DNA of 64,000 bases from assembly GCF_039654945.1 (NCBI RefSeq), contig NW_027361991.1, positions 248,001 through 312,000 on the forward strand, read 5' to 3'. The notes under the pieces are model-generated. The model was not told where the DNA came from and searched no databases. It was given only the letters and a program-made list of their open reading frames with translations. The translations under genes were made by a program, and so were the position numbers. Source of the DNA: Dendrobates tinctorius (lineage: Eukaryota). Every line of letters begins with the position of its first letter. Positions within the stretch are counted from its first letter, which is position 1. Shown here in pieces: positions 28,684 to 39,720 of the stretch.

Positions 28684-29670
28684 TACTGTGTATACCTGAG
28701 TATAAGCCGAGGCCCCTAATTTTGCCACAAAATAAACTGGGAAAACTTACTGACTCGAGTATAAGCCGAGGGTGGTGCTGCACAAGGGTTAATGGTGGTC
28801 CAAGAAGATGCTCCATAGATAAATACCCCCCATATATTGCTGCACAAGGGTTAATGGTGGCCCAAGAAGATGCTCCATAGATAAATACCCCCCATAAAAT
28901 GCTGCACAAGGGTTAATGGTGGCCCAAGAAGATGCTCCATAGATAAGTACCCCCCATAAAATGCTGCACAAGGGTTAATGGTGGCCCAAGAAGATGCTCC
29001 ATAGATAAATACGGCCTATATATTGCTGCTGCCGCTGCTGCAATTAAGAGACAAAAAAAAAATAACATACTCACCTCTCATCGCCGGGGGCCAGGTGCCG
29101 GTGTCACCGCTGGCTCAGGGCCCCGGCACTGGCGATATTTACTGGTCCCCGTTCCATCGCTGCGCGCCGCTCTGTCTCCCGGGTTTCTCCAGTGATATTC
29201 ACCAGAGGGTGCGCACTGACTACGTCACTGCGCCCTCTGACCTGAACGTCACAGTCTGAGGATGCGGAGGATAGAGCAGCGCGTGGTGGTGGAATGGGGA
29301 CAAGTGAATATGGCTCCCCCCGTCATACCTCCTCCTGGCGCGCACGGTCTCTGCCGCCCCTCTTCTTCCATGGTCTCGGCACCCCAGCTCTTCCAGGTTT
29401 CAGCGGTCATATGGTACCACTCATTAAAGTTATGAATATGCGCATATTCATGACTTTAATGAGCGGTACCACGTGCCCGCTGAACGCAGGAAGAGCTGGG
29501 GCACTGAGACCATGGAATAAGCAGGGGCTGCTGAAACCACGCCAGGAGGGGGTGAGTATGATCTGACACCCGCCGACCCCCATATATGACTCGAGAATAA
29601 GCCGAGAGGGGGACTTTCAGCCTTAAAAAATGAGCTGAAAATCTCGGCTTATACTCGAGTATATACGGTA
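28684..29670. mobile_element. Tc1/mariner-superfamily (pogo/Tigger-like) non-autonomous element with internal 62-bp minisatellite
   Basis: Termini TACTGTGTATACCTGAGTATAAGCCGAG / CTCGGCTTATACTCGAGTATATACGGTA. About 4 copies of a 62-bp unit start at 28777, 28839, 28901 and 28963. Confidence 0.75.
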
Positions 29671-29913
29671 GTTCATACTAAACTTGAAAAAAGAAAAATC
29701 GAGATCCTAAAATTCCAAAGTTTATTCCATGATGATAAAACCGGTGAATTAAAACATGATCAAAGCAACGCATTTAAAACGCACACTTGCATTCTTTATC
29801 TGAGCTCTACCTGTGTGCGTTTGAAACTCATTGCTTTGATCATGTTTTGATTCACCGATTTTATGATCATGGATGGTTACACACGTGTTGTCACACACTT
29901 CCGTGCTCCTGCA

Positions 29914-32461
29914 TGTGACAGAGTCAGCTTCTGCTAAGTCGATTTCTAGAGTGGACCCTCTGGGTCGTGGCACCCACCCACCAAGGGCGAGCTGACCTTG
30001 TGAGGAACCACCACCTACACAGAGAGTGTCAGGGGCAAGACCAAGGGGGTGAGTCACCACGACTGCTGGAACCAGACGGCCGGCTCAAGGAAGATACAAG
30101 TGCGAGTGTCTGGAAACAGGGAACGTGCAGGATACAAGACATAACAAAGCGTGGTCACAGGGTTTCTTCAATAAAGCGTGGTTTCAGGGTTTAATCAGGA
30201 ACAAGACATAGTTACAAGGACAAAGTGAAACATAGCAAGGTGCGTGCGAGGGCACGCCAAGGTCCAAGGCATGATACGTGCTAGGTGTTCCGGCAAGGAC
30301 TAGATGGCATCGGACTCCGGACATCTGACAGCGATCGACTGGCTCCAGACAACAGGCTGCGGACATCAGCCCCGGATATCAGGCCACAGTCATCAGGCTC
30401 CAGACCTCTGGCAGCGATCGGCATACTCCGGACACCGGCAGGCAAGCCAGGGTTCAGGCGAGGATGCATGCCAGAGTTCAAGACATGATGTGTGTTTGGA
30501 GAAAAACCAAGGTCCAAGGCAGGGTTCAAGGCAGCGTGCGTGCTAGGGTACACCAGGGTCCAAGGCAGGATGCATGCTAGGAGACACACCAGGGTCCAAG
30601 ACAGGGTTCAAGGCAGGGTACATGTTAGGGAACACGCAAGGGTACAAGGTTCAAGGCAGGGTGCATGCTAGAGGGCACGCCAGGGTTCAGGCTAGGGCCT
30701 GTGCGTGCTAGGAGACATGCCAGGGTTCAGGCTAGGGCCTGTGCATGCTAAGAGACACGCCAGGGTTCATGGCAGGGCCTGCGCATGCTTTAGAGAAGCA
30801 TGGGGAGGGACGCCAAGGAGCAGGCTAGGGCCTGCGCATGCCAGGAGGCATGCGAGGGTTTGGCTAAGGCCTGTGCGTGCTAGAGGAAACGCCAGGGTAC
30901 TGGCTAGGGCCTGTGCGTGCTAGGAGAAGTACGGGGAGGTATGCCAAGGAGCAGGCTAGGGCCTGCGTGTGCCAGGAGGCACGCTAAGCACAATGCAGGG
31001 ACAGCGAGAGTGCAAGGAAGCACAGAGAGCACAGCTGGGGCACTGGCTAACTGGTCGGGCTGAGGCTCAGACAGGCAGGCAAGACTAAGGCGATCATGGC
31101 TGAGGCACAAGAAGGCGGATGAGGCAAGGCCAGGTGCGTGCAAAGTGCACGTGGAGAAACAAGGCAAGGTAAAACACAGAACAAGGAGCAGAACGTAGGC
31201 TGAAGCACAGAGCCGGGTACAAGAAAGAGAAGCGGAGCGTATGATAGAGCCTAGAGCCGAGTCAGACAATGTACTAGATGCAGGGCATAGAGCAGAGCAC
31301 AGACAGGTAGCGGAACCTATGATGAGGCACAGAGCCGGGTACAAGGGAAAAGCGGAGCGTATGCCAGAGCACAGAGCCGGGTATATGACAAAGCACAGAG
31401 TACAAGACAAGACTTGTGCTAAAGGAGCACGGAAAGTCAGAATGCAAAGATAAAGCTCAAGACAGTGTACATGGCCAATGAGCATACAGACGGCACAGCG
31501 AGGCATAGTACAGAACAGGGTTGTGCAAAAGAGCACTATAGGACAGAGAAAAGGAAGAAAGCAGAGCTTATGCTCAAGGAGCACAATAAGACAGAGTACA
31601 GGTAAGGCACACTAGGCTAGATACAGGACCAGGTACAGGACACCAGACGAAGACAAGACACCAGACGAAGTACAGGACAAGGACAAACACAGGACACCAG
31701 ACGAAGTACAAGCACAGAGCGTGTGCGAAGAAGCACAACAGGGCAGAGTGCAGGGGCACAGAATACAAGGAGCGACCAAGCAGGACCATGCAGCCTAGCA
31801 GGGAAGCAACACGATACTCAGGCCCCGACCATAGGAAGGAGTGGTCTGATATAGGGCATTAGCAACTGGACTTCCGGGTCAGGACCATGGTGGGAACTTC
31901 CGGGTCAGATCCTCCAGAACCATAGAGCGGATCGCTGGGTCAGGTCCTCCTGGACCATAGAGAGGATCACATGGTCAGGTCCTCCAGGATTATAGAGAGG
32001 ATTGCTGGGTCAGGTACTCCTGGACCATAGAGAGGATCACATGGTTGGGTCCTCCAGGACCATAGAGAGGATTGCTGGATCAGGTCCTCCTGGACCATAG
32101 AGAGGATCACAAGGTCGGGTCCTCCAGGACCATAGAGAGGATTGCTGGATTAGGTCCTCCAGGACCATAGAGAGAACTGCAGCAGGCAGAGCAGAGACGG
32201 GTGAGCACACAGCAACGGCATGCAGCCATGAGGTAAAGCACACATGCGCACAGCAAAGGCATGCAGCCATGGTGAGGTACGCGTGCACACTAGCGATGGC
32301 ACACAGCCATGAGATGAAGCACATGTGGCGCACACGCAATGACGTATAGCCATGAGGTAGAGCACGAGTGCGCACCAGCAACGGCAGGCAGCCATGAGAT
32401 GAGCTGCATGTGCACACTGCTCCAGGGGTCATGCAGCATAACATACATGACGGGCATGACA
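29914..32461. mobile_element. LTR-like insertion (probable expanded solo LTR) filled with minisatellites
   Basis: Termini TGTGAC...TGACA with flanks CTGCA/CTTCA (5-bp TSD, 1 mismatch). Contains internal arrays, including a 35-bp unit at ~31880-32180. Shares AGAGTGGACCCTCTGG with the element at 46680-47477. Confidence 0.5.
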
Positions 32462-32710
32462 CTTCACGCCTAAAAGTTGAACAGGTGAGCTGGTTTCATC
32501 CAAATTTCTATGCACATTAGTTTATGTTACTGCTAATATTAATTACATGGTTCTTATAACAGCCCCTTCTCCATATGCAATAATTTTACATTTTGACTTC
32601 AAGGATTGAGGTACCTACACTTCACCCTCAATTTTATTAGCTAAAGCATAGACTTATTGCACCTGGATCTCTTAAGATCATGTGTTACGTGGATGACAAT
32701 TCATCTAAAT

Positions 32711-33103
32711 CACAAATTAAAATCTGGCCCGCAGGCCAAAACTCGCCCACAGGGTGAGTATATTTGGCCCGCTCCCTCCATCATCATTCTCCCTCTGTGT
32801 TTGATGTCTCAGCGCAGAGGGTGCGATGATGTCATTGCAGCGTCATTACATACTGTGTTGGGGTCGCTATACTTTGCCGATGGGGTTGGGGGTACAGTAG
32901 GGACATCATACCGTGCATGTAGAGGGTTGTTTTTGGGACAATGCCTTTTAAGTTTGTTTCCATATGAAATGATTCATTTTTATATTTGATGATGAGGAAA
33001 GCCCTCAAATTGTAGACTTGTTTTTAATAAAAATCAAGGTGGCCCGTGACTTTGTCCAAGCTTTTAATTTTGACCCTCTGTGTATTTGAGTTTGACATTT
33101 CTG
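32711..33103. mobile_element. Degenerate hAT MITE
   Basis: 8-bp TSD ATCTAAAT at 32703-32710 and 33104-33111. Right end ...GAGTTTGACATTTCTG, with TGGCCC subterminal motifs. Confidence 0.6.
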
Positions 33104-33327
33104 ATCTAAATAAAAGGCAAGTATTAGTATGGACAGCTTTTAATGGCCATGCTAGATTCATTGGGTATCTGAGGCTGGACAGCCCTCTAAAAAAAAGTAT
33201 CCATGCAGCCCATCATAGTTGGATAATAAATATATACCTATGCAGATTGCTTTGGATTACTGATATATTTCACACATTTTTTGTAAATTACAGTTTTTTG
33301 AGTTCCACATCTTATTTTCTCCTGCAG

Positions 33328-33449
33328 TAAAGTCTGTAGACACTTTTGTGAAGGTGGAGTTGAAGATCACCAATAAACCTTTTAATGGGAATTATACAAA
33401 TAATCAATCAGAAGAATATAAAGAATTTGAAACAGAGTTTAAAGATGAG
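33328..33449 (+). CDS. Mucin exon: SEA domain, part 1
   Basis: Acceptor cttattttctcctgcAG|, donor GAG|GTAAGA, phase 1-0. Translates (V)KSVDTFVKVELKITNKPFNGNYTNNQSEEYKEFETEFKDE, with the SEA-type N..F.....N..S.EY..F pattern. Confidence 0.9.
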
Positions 33450-33649
33450 GTAAGAAGAAAGGATGATGATAGTTTTCCATACCCCATACCCATGCCCACT
33501 TGGCTGAGTGTGCACATGCTCACAATGAGGAGAGGTGAGCAAGCCACTTCGCGAGACATCTAGTGGTTGCAGCACTGACGTCACATTAGACAACCATTGA
33601 GCTCAGTGGCCCTGCCTGTGTAGATTGAATGCTACCCTTCAAAGCCTAA

Positions 33650-34053
33650 AGGTACTGTCACACTTAGCGATGCACCAGCGATCCCGACCAGCGATATGAC
33701 GCGGTCAGGAGCTGGTGCATCGCTAAGTGGTCGCTAGTGAGCTGCCACACAGGCAGATCTCACCAGCGACATAGCAGGGGTCGGGGGTCGCTACTTATCT
33801 GTCAGACGAGGCGATCCTGACATCCTCCACCCGCGTCCACGCGTCGCTCATTGGCGCCACAGGAAGCCCAGCAGGAAGTGGCTGACGAGAAACGTCCCAG
33901 GACGTTCTCGCACGATCAGCGATAACCAGCGGGGGAGCGGTCGGAGGTAAGTATCAGACATAGCGATATCGCTAGCAATATCGCTATAACGTCACAAAAA
34001 CCAGTGACGTTATAGCGATATTGCTAGCGATATCGCTTAGTGTGACAGGCCCT
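33650..34053. mobile_element. PIF/Harbinger-type MITE
   Basis: TIRs AGGTACTGTCACACTTAGCGAT / ATCGCTTAGTGTGACAGGCCCT, with TAA on both sides. Confidence 0.75.
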
Positions 34054-34300
34054 TAAGAGTTCACAAAATGGCTGCTGTGCTGTCGACATTATGTCAGTAT
34101 CGCGGCCAATGACATACACCGGAAAAGGGGCAAAAACTTGCCGATGAAACCAAGGAAGGTGAGTATAGTGAGTTTGTTATTATTTAACAAACTACTGATG
34201 AGGTAGAATATTATCTGAAAGAGAACAACCCATTTAAGTCTGAATTTTATGCCATTGCCTTAGTTCCAGCATGTTATAATCTTACTCTTTGTTTACACAG

Positions 34301-34359
34301 ATGAGAGAAGTCTATAAAGATTTGGAAGGATATAAAGATGTAGAAATTCTGGATATAAG
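34301..34359 (+). CDS. Mucin exon: SEA domain, part 2
   Basis: Acceptor ctctttgtttacacAG|, donor AAG|GTAAGC, phase 0-2. Translates MREVYKDLEGYKDVEILDI(R). Confidence 0.88.
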
Positions 34360-36275
34360 GTAAGCTTCTTTATTTTTTGGTTAGCCGTTCACCATCAACC
34401 TCACTGTTGGCCTTTGGACCTAAACAAGGAGTGTAGGCCACAAATGAGGATCTACATGTATGTAGATGTCATTTAAGACAGCTGATACACAGCTATTAAT
34501 TCTCATTATTCTAGTGTCGTAATATTGTAGCGCCCAAATTACTTCTACCTCGCTACCAATTTTGTTCCACCGAATACAACAAGTGTTCACAACAGGATTT
34601 CTAATATTCACAACAACAATGGGTCAATGTTTGGAAATATTAAAATTGTCCTTGTATACTGTAGATCTTTTGCACACTTCATATTAATAGGAGGACAACT
34701 CGTAAAAATAGAACCTTTTTCAACATCGGACGATTGTAGACCAGGGTTTCTTCCTTTATAAAGCCAAACGGATTCTCCTCCAGAGGGCTCAACTTCACCA
34801 AGTTATAGACAATCACTAAAGTAAGCACTGCACAATGTTTAGCTGATGGCAGAATCCTGACGTTCAACTGTTAGTGACAAGGGGAGCTCAGTAATCAGGG
34901 TCCCTGCAGCTGGTCATGGAAGTTGTAGTCTTTGAAATTGCCACCATAAAAAGGTGGCACTTTAGGAGTCCCTTTAACGGACATTCTTAAAGCGAACCTT
35001 TGAGCAGTATTTTGATAAGTAGAGTGCAGATATGACCATGTTGGTGTTGTGATACTGATTAACATGATACCTTTGGTGAAGAAATCTGTTTTGTAGATTT
35101 TGTTTAATCATCGTTTGAGATTTTCTTGCAATGATATTTCCATGCATCAAGGCGGGACTGTAGGTAGGGTCTTTTCTACCTGCTCTAGCCCCTTCGGCTG
35201 CCTCCTGTATATGAATGATAGGCATTGATCCATCAGTAACCTGCCTCCTATTTTAAACTTGGGCCGATACAGTAAATTTTGTATAAATACTGAGGTAAAA
35301 AGCTCACCAAATACTCAATGTGTGCACATGGCCTTAGGCTGGAGTCATACTTAACGTATAAAAAAAAAAAGAAAAAAATCAGTCCAATTTTACAGCCGAG
35401 AATCGCACAAATGTTCCCCGAATAGATATATCCTCAAAGATAGAGAATATATATACAGTATCTATCTCTTTATATTTCATAGAGAGATAGATAGCAGAAT
35501 AGTCAATAATTCATTTGTCGGCTTCTGTAAAATCACTGCAGGAGCCGACAGGATAGAAGACATGTTTTACATACAGTAAATACAATGGAGCAATCTCGAG
35601 CACTCAAAAAGTAAAGGTGAAGTGCACAAAGGGTTAACAAATTTTTATTACCCTATGCACTGGGAATCCACAGCCAAAATATGAATTTTTCAGCAGAAGT
35701 TATCTTCCCAAAGTTTCAGTCTTATTGGCCTTTGTCAAGGGTAAATTCTATTAAACAAAAAAAAAAAAAATAACACAAGTATGACAAAAATTTACATACT
35801 ATAAATTAACACTACATATCATTGTACGACATATATCTTTATGGCAAATACTTTAACAACTTAAAGTTTATTTTGTGAGATCCCTTGGGTAGCTCAAGGA
35901 TATGAGAAGGAAAAAAAATATTTATATGGAAGTAACAACCCACCTTAGAAATTATTCAGCCCAAAAAGTACAATTTTTTAAATAGTAAATAGTAACATAT
36001 ATAAAAAAAATTTAATATTAATTTCATAAAAGGGCTAGAACAGATCACATAGGACAGTGGTTAAAGTGCAAAATACACATGAGCTCACAGAATAATAAAA
36101 ATCTAATTCCTGGAAATAGGTAATTCATTGTGAAAGATGTAATGACAAATTAGATAAGAATTCTTTTTATATATACCATGGCCAGTCATTATATATAAGA
36201 CAGCAGGAGTAACCATAATTGCAAGGAGCTGAACATAAACATATTTACCCAAAGTCCAAGCTGCTACAATGTACG

Positions 36276-36309
36276 CCTTGACGCGCATTTCGATCTCTTC
36301 CTCAGAAGG
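36276..36309 (-). ncRNA. Minimal hammerhead-ribozyme-like motif in a Penelope terminal remnant (degenerate)
   Basis: Minus strand reads CCTT-CTGAGGA-AGAGATC-GAAA-TGCGC-GTC-AAGG. Stem I is CCTT/AAGG and stem II is very short. Confidence 0.5.
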
Positions 36310-37039
36310 GGTGCATATATAAAAAAAAATTTATATATGTTACTATTTACAATTTAAAACATTGTACTTTTTGGGCTGAATATTTTCTCTGCTGCTCAAT
36401 GGTTGCATTTTTTCTATGTATATGTATTCCCTCTTTTAATCTTTGACATTGTTCAATATAATAAAATTGTTTTTTAATGAATTTTTTGGAGGAATCATTT
36501 CTCTCTGTTTTAGCAATTTCTCACGGTTCTCCATGTTTCAACTTTTTGGCAGTTTTTTTCTGTAATCCGAATGAAGGTAGTCAGAAACGCTACATCGCTT
36601 CCCCCACTGTAAGCCCACCGGTTAGCACACCACCAGCAGCAAATGTTGAGGTGTCGTCGCAAGGCCAAAGCAGTCAGGGAATCACAATGTTATTGCTACG
36701 ACAGACTGAATCTAGGCCATCAGCAAGACCGCCATCTCCATCACCAACCCTCTCTCATCTGTCATGTCCACCGCTAGTTCCACCATATGCAGCTCTCAAG
36801 TCCAGCTCACCCTACCAGAGACTCTGAGTAGGACAAGAAAGTACTCATCCTCTCATCCGCGTACACTGTGTTTGAACGCCCACATTGCCAAACTAATCTC
36901 GCTAGAGATGATGCCCTACCGGTTGGTTGAAAGCAAAGCTTTCCGCGAGCTCATGGCCTACGCAGTACCACGCTATGACCTACCCAGTCGGCACTTCTTT
37001 TCTTGAAAAGCCATCCCAGCCCTCCAAATGCATGTAACA

Positions 37040-37985
37040 CTTAGAATAATGAGGGTAATATACTAATAAAAATAATGAAAAATGAGAATAAACAACCCCT
37101 CAGGAAATATGGATGGCAGACCATCCGGTGAAAGAACCCAATACCAGTGAGTATGGTGGAAGATGATGCTGACAGAGTACCAAGTAGAGATAATATATAC
37201 AGCAACACGTAAAGATGAATAAAAACACCTTTATTAAGATATAAATGGGTGTACACTTAAAATAAATAAATAAAAAGGCATCCCAAATAAATGCGTAATG
37301 TTGGATTATAATAACCTACAACATAGGGTTAAATATATACCCATAAGGCACAGGCTCAAAAATATGAAAAAAGAAAAATAAATAAATATAAATAAAACCT
37401 TAATAAAGCCCCCAAAAAGAATTGTGCATACAGTGCACCATGTAATAATAAAGTTGTATATACACAGTGTTTCAAAAAATAAAAAAATAATAACAAACAG
37501 CTGTGCAAACAATGTATAAAATGAGAAGTGCAATAAAACATAAAACAAATAAATAAAAATGTGTGCTGTGGACAAAGAAGAAACACTGATGGAGTGCCAC
37601 GCAATGTGAAAAAGGAAAAAGGAGAAATGGGAGCTAGCGATAAAAAGAAATACCTAATGAGCCGAAGGATGATGCCTGGGGATGCCTGAGACATATCATC
37701 CCCTGAGGAAGAAGTTTTTAACTTTGAAACGCATAGGGAAATAAATGTATTAACTACACAACTTGTGAGGAGTGATGGTCTGGTAGCGCACGTTTAATCC
37801 ATAAAAATTCCTTCCTTGAATCTGAAGATTTATGGCCACGGCGTGGTCATTTGGATGTGCAGCAAGCTGACCTTGTTCCTTTATGCCTGTTACTCTCCTG
37901 CAGAGGGTGAGTATAAACCATTGACTTATATCTGTATTTTCTCGGGTAAGACCCTATTGCGCTCTTTTTCTTTCAGTTTCTACTA
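37040..37985. mobile_element. Penelope-like element terminal (pseudo-LTR) remnant
   Basis: A-rich tail, a hammerhead-like motif at 37699-37739, and a GGTGAG donor-like end followed by pyrimidines, as at the end of the PLE at 55703-55735. Confidence 0.55.
37699..37739 (+). ncRNA. Minimal hammerhead-ribozyme-like motif (degenerate)
   Basis: TCCC-CTGAGGA-AGAAGTTTTTAACTTT-GAAA-CGC-ATA-GGGA. The core is intact, but the stem III palindrome ACGCGT is mutated to ACGCAT. Confidence 0.55.
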
Positions 37986-38834
37986 TAGGGGGCAACATGG
38001 AAGAGGTGTTCGTGGTGCACACATCCGAAGTGGCGTTGGAGACAGGGGTTTCATGACCATGTTGTGGACTGATTTTTCAAGTACCGCTCACACAACTGGT
38101 AATACTGCATCGATAGAAAGTGACAGGAGACAGCACTTGTCAACTATGGTTACAAACTACTTCTCCCATATCAATGTTGTCCCTCACAGGTCATTCCCCT
38201 TTGACTAATGGGCCTGTAAACTGGACACCTGGCCTGAATTGGCCCAATATGCCTTACAGGAGCTCGCTTGCCCAGCTGCAAGTGTGCTATCGGAAAGAGT
38301 CTTCAGTGCAGATGGATCAATCCTGACAGAAAAAAGGACCCGTCTGTCAACCCAAAATGTGGATGATCTAACCTTCATTAAAATGAACCATGCATGGGTT
38401 TCAAAGGATTTTGTCCCACCTTCCCCTGATGACACATAGGTTGCCAGAAAAATGGCTCGCTTTTGTCCTCCTCTTCCTCGGACTTCTCCAATTCCTCCAT
38501 GTGCAGCTGCTGAATGTCCAACATCAACATATGCCATTTTTTCAACCTCCCTAACTGGGCTGCCTCCCCCCCCAGGGTCACCACCTGGCGCATGCACCCG
38601 TGCGAGTGCCGTTGCCCTGGACAGGTGGGTGGGCCCACTCTTGGGCGATGGCACTGGCACAGGGTCCCTCACAGTACAATCAAGTGTCTCTGACGGTGGG
38701 GGTGCACACCCGCCGTCAGACACACCGGCGTACTATGAGGGGCCCTGTGCCAGTACCGCCACCCACGAATGGGTCCCCCTGCTTGCTCTGAGCCCCAGCA
38801 CTTGCAATACTTACCTCTCCCTGCTCCACCGCTG

Positions 38835-39330
38835 TGTAGTCTGGGCTGCTATATCCTTCACAGGGACTGCCACTACAAATTTGGTGAACTGATAGATGAT
38901 GGTTAAGACGTAGCAATGCCCTGTCCCGCTGGCTGGGCTCTATCTTCAGATGATCAATGGCTTCCATTTGTTATGGACATCGACTCACAATGAGATGCAG
39001 TGGTTGTTTATCATCAGCTTTCACAGTTTTCCTACTCACAGACGTGTGACATTCCTGCCTAAATTTTTAAATGTGTCCTCTCATGCCAATCCAATAGAAT
39101 CGCCTACGGCCTGTGGCTTCTGTTTTTTGCACTCCAAAGTTACTTGACAGATCATGATAGGCAGTGAGGACCATGTCTACATTTCTCCCTGTGATCACAA
39201 TTTGATGGAGATGAGTAACGGTGATGGGATCCACGGTACTGCGATATAGCAACCCTTTCTTCACAAAGAACTGTTTTCGCTGTCTTCACAGACAAAGTAA
39301 TTGAGGGTCAGCATCGCCTCTGAGAATTCT
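38835..39330 (-). pseudogene. Gypsy LTR-retrotransposon integrase fragment
   Basis: KKGLLYR...HQIVI...VLTAYHDLSSNFGVQKTEATGRRRFYWIGM resembles the integrase Zn-binding region, followed by AIDHLKIEPS and LTIIYQFTKFVVAVPVKDIAAQTT (start of the rve core). Frameshifted. Confidence 0.8.
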
Positions 39331-39720
39331 CCCGGGAGTTTTTCCCATGATTAGTAATTCCAAAATTTCTGCAATCACTCGACTTTCCGTCTGTACTTTT
39401 ATCCATTTTGTTTCCTCTTGCGGAGAGTCTGGACTATCTTACTGAGACTGAAATATATATGAAGATTTAAAAATACCCCAACAGTGTATACTGGTGTACG
39501 CTTTGAATACATAACCCTTTTTCTACTTTTTAGATTCTTGTCTAATCCATACTGAGGCTGTGAGTGTCTTTGTCGGACTCCAGAAATATACACGGAGATT
39601 TTTAATGTTTAAACTATGCTATATATACCTGTTATCCGGTGATACTGTACCCTTTCTCAACTTTCTGCAATCTTGTCGAATCCATACTGGGCCTGAGACC
39701 GTCTGAGTCTGCCTCCTGAT

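Larger units (their letters stand above)
36566..38439 (+). pseudogene. Disrupted hAT transposase (copy A), homologous to 58760-62293
   Basis: Segments SPTVSPPVST..., LEMMPYRLVES..., PRYDLPSRHFFS* (36566-37035) and RGQHGRGV...ELACPAASVLSERVFS...FIKMNHAW (37989-38439), with stops and frameshifts. The catalytic middle is deleted and replaced by an AT-rich Penelope tail. Confidence 0.9.

Noticed and set aside
28777-29010. CRISPR-like array (also 62357-64000)
   Set aside because: Head-to-tail repeats with no unique spacers, in a eukaryotic context with no cas genes.
30184-32462. Cys/Leu/Ala-rich ORFs up to 226 aa
   Set aside because: Products of low-complexity minisatellites inside an LTR-like insert.
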